A stretch of 64,000 nucleotides of DNA from NCBI GenBank assembly GCA_965645245.1, contig OZ287084.1, positions 1,178,001 through 1,242,000 on the forward strand, written 5' to 3'. A program made the translations under genes and the position numbers. This document shows, one piece after another, positions 61,738 through 64,000 of the stretch (within the stretch, counting starts at the first letter, position 1; every line of letters starts with the position of its first letter). Under the pieces are notes generated by a model that worked only from the letters and a program-made list of their open reading frames with translations, did no database searches and was not told the DNA's origin. This DNA is from Massalongia carnosa (lineage: Eukaryota).

Positions 61738-64000
61738 TCACTCATCATCATCATCCAACATGGCCGCGTAATCCTCCGCTGAAGCAAACGTCGGCAGATT
61801 CTTCAACTTCCGTCGTTTTTTGCCCCTTTTGCTCTCCTCGGGTGCTTCTGGAAAGTGCTTGACGCCGAATCGTTTCTGATCGTTGGCAAAAGCTGAGTCG
61901 AGATGACTTGGGATTTCTTCGTCACTACCGAGCAGTGCCTCGTCATCATCGTCGAACTCCATCGTCTCGCTGTCCGCTTCTGCATCTATATCTTTTGCGT
62001 CGTCCGATCCCGCATCGAGGGACCCGGCTTCGTCTTCCTCCCCATTTTCTGTAGCGGTGTCCAGTTCCTCTACATTGTCGCTTGCCTCGCTACCCTCCAA
62101 CTCAGGTCGGGAATCCACAAGGGCCTTCCATATCTCATCTTCATTGTCCTCTTCGCCATCACTCGCGATTTCACCCTTCAGCTCTGCTTTCCGCTTTTGG
62201 GCCTTCTCTTTACCCTTCCCCATGGTGCTGAAATATTTGTGGAAGAAAACCTCATCAGCTCCCACCTTGTCACTTTCCATCTTCCAAAAAGCCTCGGAAT
62301 TTACCGGTCCACTAATAGCCAACTTGGATTGAGCAGATACCAGAAGACCACTCGCGTCCCCCCCAGCCATTGGCTGCATGATCGATGCTCCCCGAGGGCC
62401 ACCTGCGAGCTTTGGGTTCTTATATACAAAGCGATCGAGAAAATGAATAAGGGTATGTAAAGAAAGATCCGGTTTCGGTGGCATCGCCTCGTGACTGGTA
62501 ATTTTTGAGGCAAACAAGACCACTGAAGGATGAAAATGTAGCAATAAAGGAGCCTGGCCATGCCTTGTTAGCTGCATAGCTATCAAAGATGATGAACGAT
62601 TGACTCACAAGTTCCCAGAGACAGCTTTTCTCGGCATTGCTATGTTCGGGATCTCGTTTCCGGCCATCATATACCTGAGAACGTGAAGCCCTTGCAGGAG
62701 ACGCAACACCAGATAACCTAGTGCCTTCGGAGAACGAGATTTGGCTGTTTTCATTATTCTCCACTACGTCCTGGAAGTTCTCCTCCTCGTCGCTATCATC
62801 TTCTTCAGGGTCGTCAATTAAGGCTCGAAGGCTCGCAAATACGTTTTCAAGCTCTCGTACAAGATACAAGGTCCCACATGCAAAAGAGGCCTGATGCATA
62901 GCAATAACTTGTAACAGTCGCTTTGAGAACGCCTTGATACGCTTCACATTAACATCCGACTTCAATGCTCGGAACAGAACGTTTAGATACAACGTCTGTT
63001 TTGATGAAGTCAGGAGCCTAGGATCAAGCAAAGACTCATACAATGTTCGATAAAATCTGTCGTTTGTGCTTGGGTGTAAAGCAATCAGCTGTTGGATCAG
63101 CATCAATGCCTGGATACTAGTATTGAAGTTTGAAGAGTGGGTTACCCTGAACAGTGTGTCCAAGTGCCTTTCGAACCTATGAAGCGTCAGCGAAGCTCCC
63201 TGAAACTAGCTCGGCCAGCCTACGATTCGTCATCTGTTGTGGTGTAAGGCATGGCGCGGTTCACTCCGGTGAGTACCGCGGAAAGCATCTTCTCACGCGT
63301 TTCTTCATCAGAGCCGGCGTTTTTCTGCTTGGTCTTGACTTTACGTTGAGCTTTCTTACCCGAAGCCCCACCGCCTCCCTGAACTTCACCTTTGCTATTT
63401 AGAATTTTTGTATTGACCTCTAAGTTGGACGGCTTCTCGGCCGAAGGCCGTTCCAAAAGCTCGACAAACAAGCTGAAATAGATATCAAGCAGTTTTCTTG
63501 CAACACCTTCTTCCTTCCCGCTCAATACTGTCTGATTCAGAGTAATTATAGCATAGTACTTTGCGTGTAAGCTTTGTCCAGGTCTAAATAGCAAGTCCGA
63601 CTCTATAGACGCAACGATTGTTGGCTTCATAAGGGGATGGAAGTTTTCAAGCTGTAACACGTTATATGATGTCTTAGATGCAACCTTCTTGTCTGTATCA
63701 CCAAGTTTATTGACAAGCAGGCGTAGCAGATTGGCTTCTTGCTCAGGCTTCTCTTTCAAGAGCTGGTAAACGTAATCGACGGCCTTGGACCTAGCAAAGA
63801 CAACTTCGTCATTGCACCATGTCTCGAGGATCTTAAGCACTTCGAAATATGTAGATTTTAACCAGTCCTCGTAAGCCCAAGAGACCAAATGAACTTCCTC
63901 AAGTGGTGCCGGTAACCTATCTTCTGATGTCCATGTATGACTCGAGTTGGAGACCCCGTATAGCCCTGGCTGGCTGGAGAAAGCCTTCAGCTTCCGATCT
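61738..64000 (-). CDS. MAK21: Ribosome biogenesis protein Mak21/Noc1 (CBF domain), 5' part outside the window
   Basis: KPEQEANLLRLLVNKLGD, LTGVNRA, YDGRKRDP, HFHPSV and LPTFASAEDY. Confidence 0.94.

Overview
Intron-containing filamentous ascomycete (Pezizomycotina-like) genomic DNA with two compartments. (1) ~1-15.8 kb is an accessory transposon nest. It holds three solo LTRs with TSDs (one TSD imperfect), a fourth interrupted LTR and an intact Mutator (MULE) element. It also holds a young chromoviral Ty3/gypsy element with a Tf1-type self-priming PBS and a -1 frameshift signal, plus a pogo/Fot1 element inserted in the gypsy 3' LTR. The only recognisable intact non-TE gene in the nest encodes a probable clan CD (caspase/legumain-fold) cysteine protease and is bracketed by two inverted LTRs of one family. 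(2) ~16-64 kb is gene-dense core genome: a conserved hypothetical protein, a divergent pair of Zn2Cys6 regulators, ASNSD1-like, VPS9, DPP3, RPL6, RPN13, SFH1, an alpha/beta-hydrolase, tRNA-Ile(UAU), a glutaredoxin, RPL9, an MFS transporter, an amino-acid permease, GCV1, a thioesterase and partial MAK21. This part also contains an intron-bearing piggyBac-like element flanked by non-TTAA sites and candidate spliced non-coding snoRNA host loci. All calls come from reading the sequence by eye; no database searches were run.
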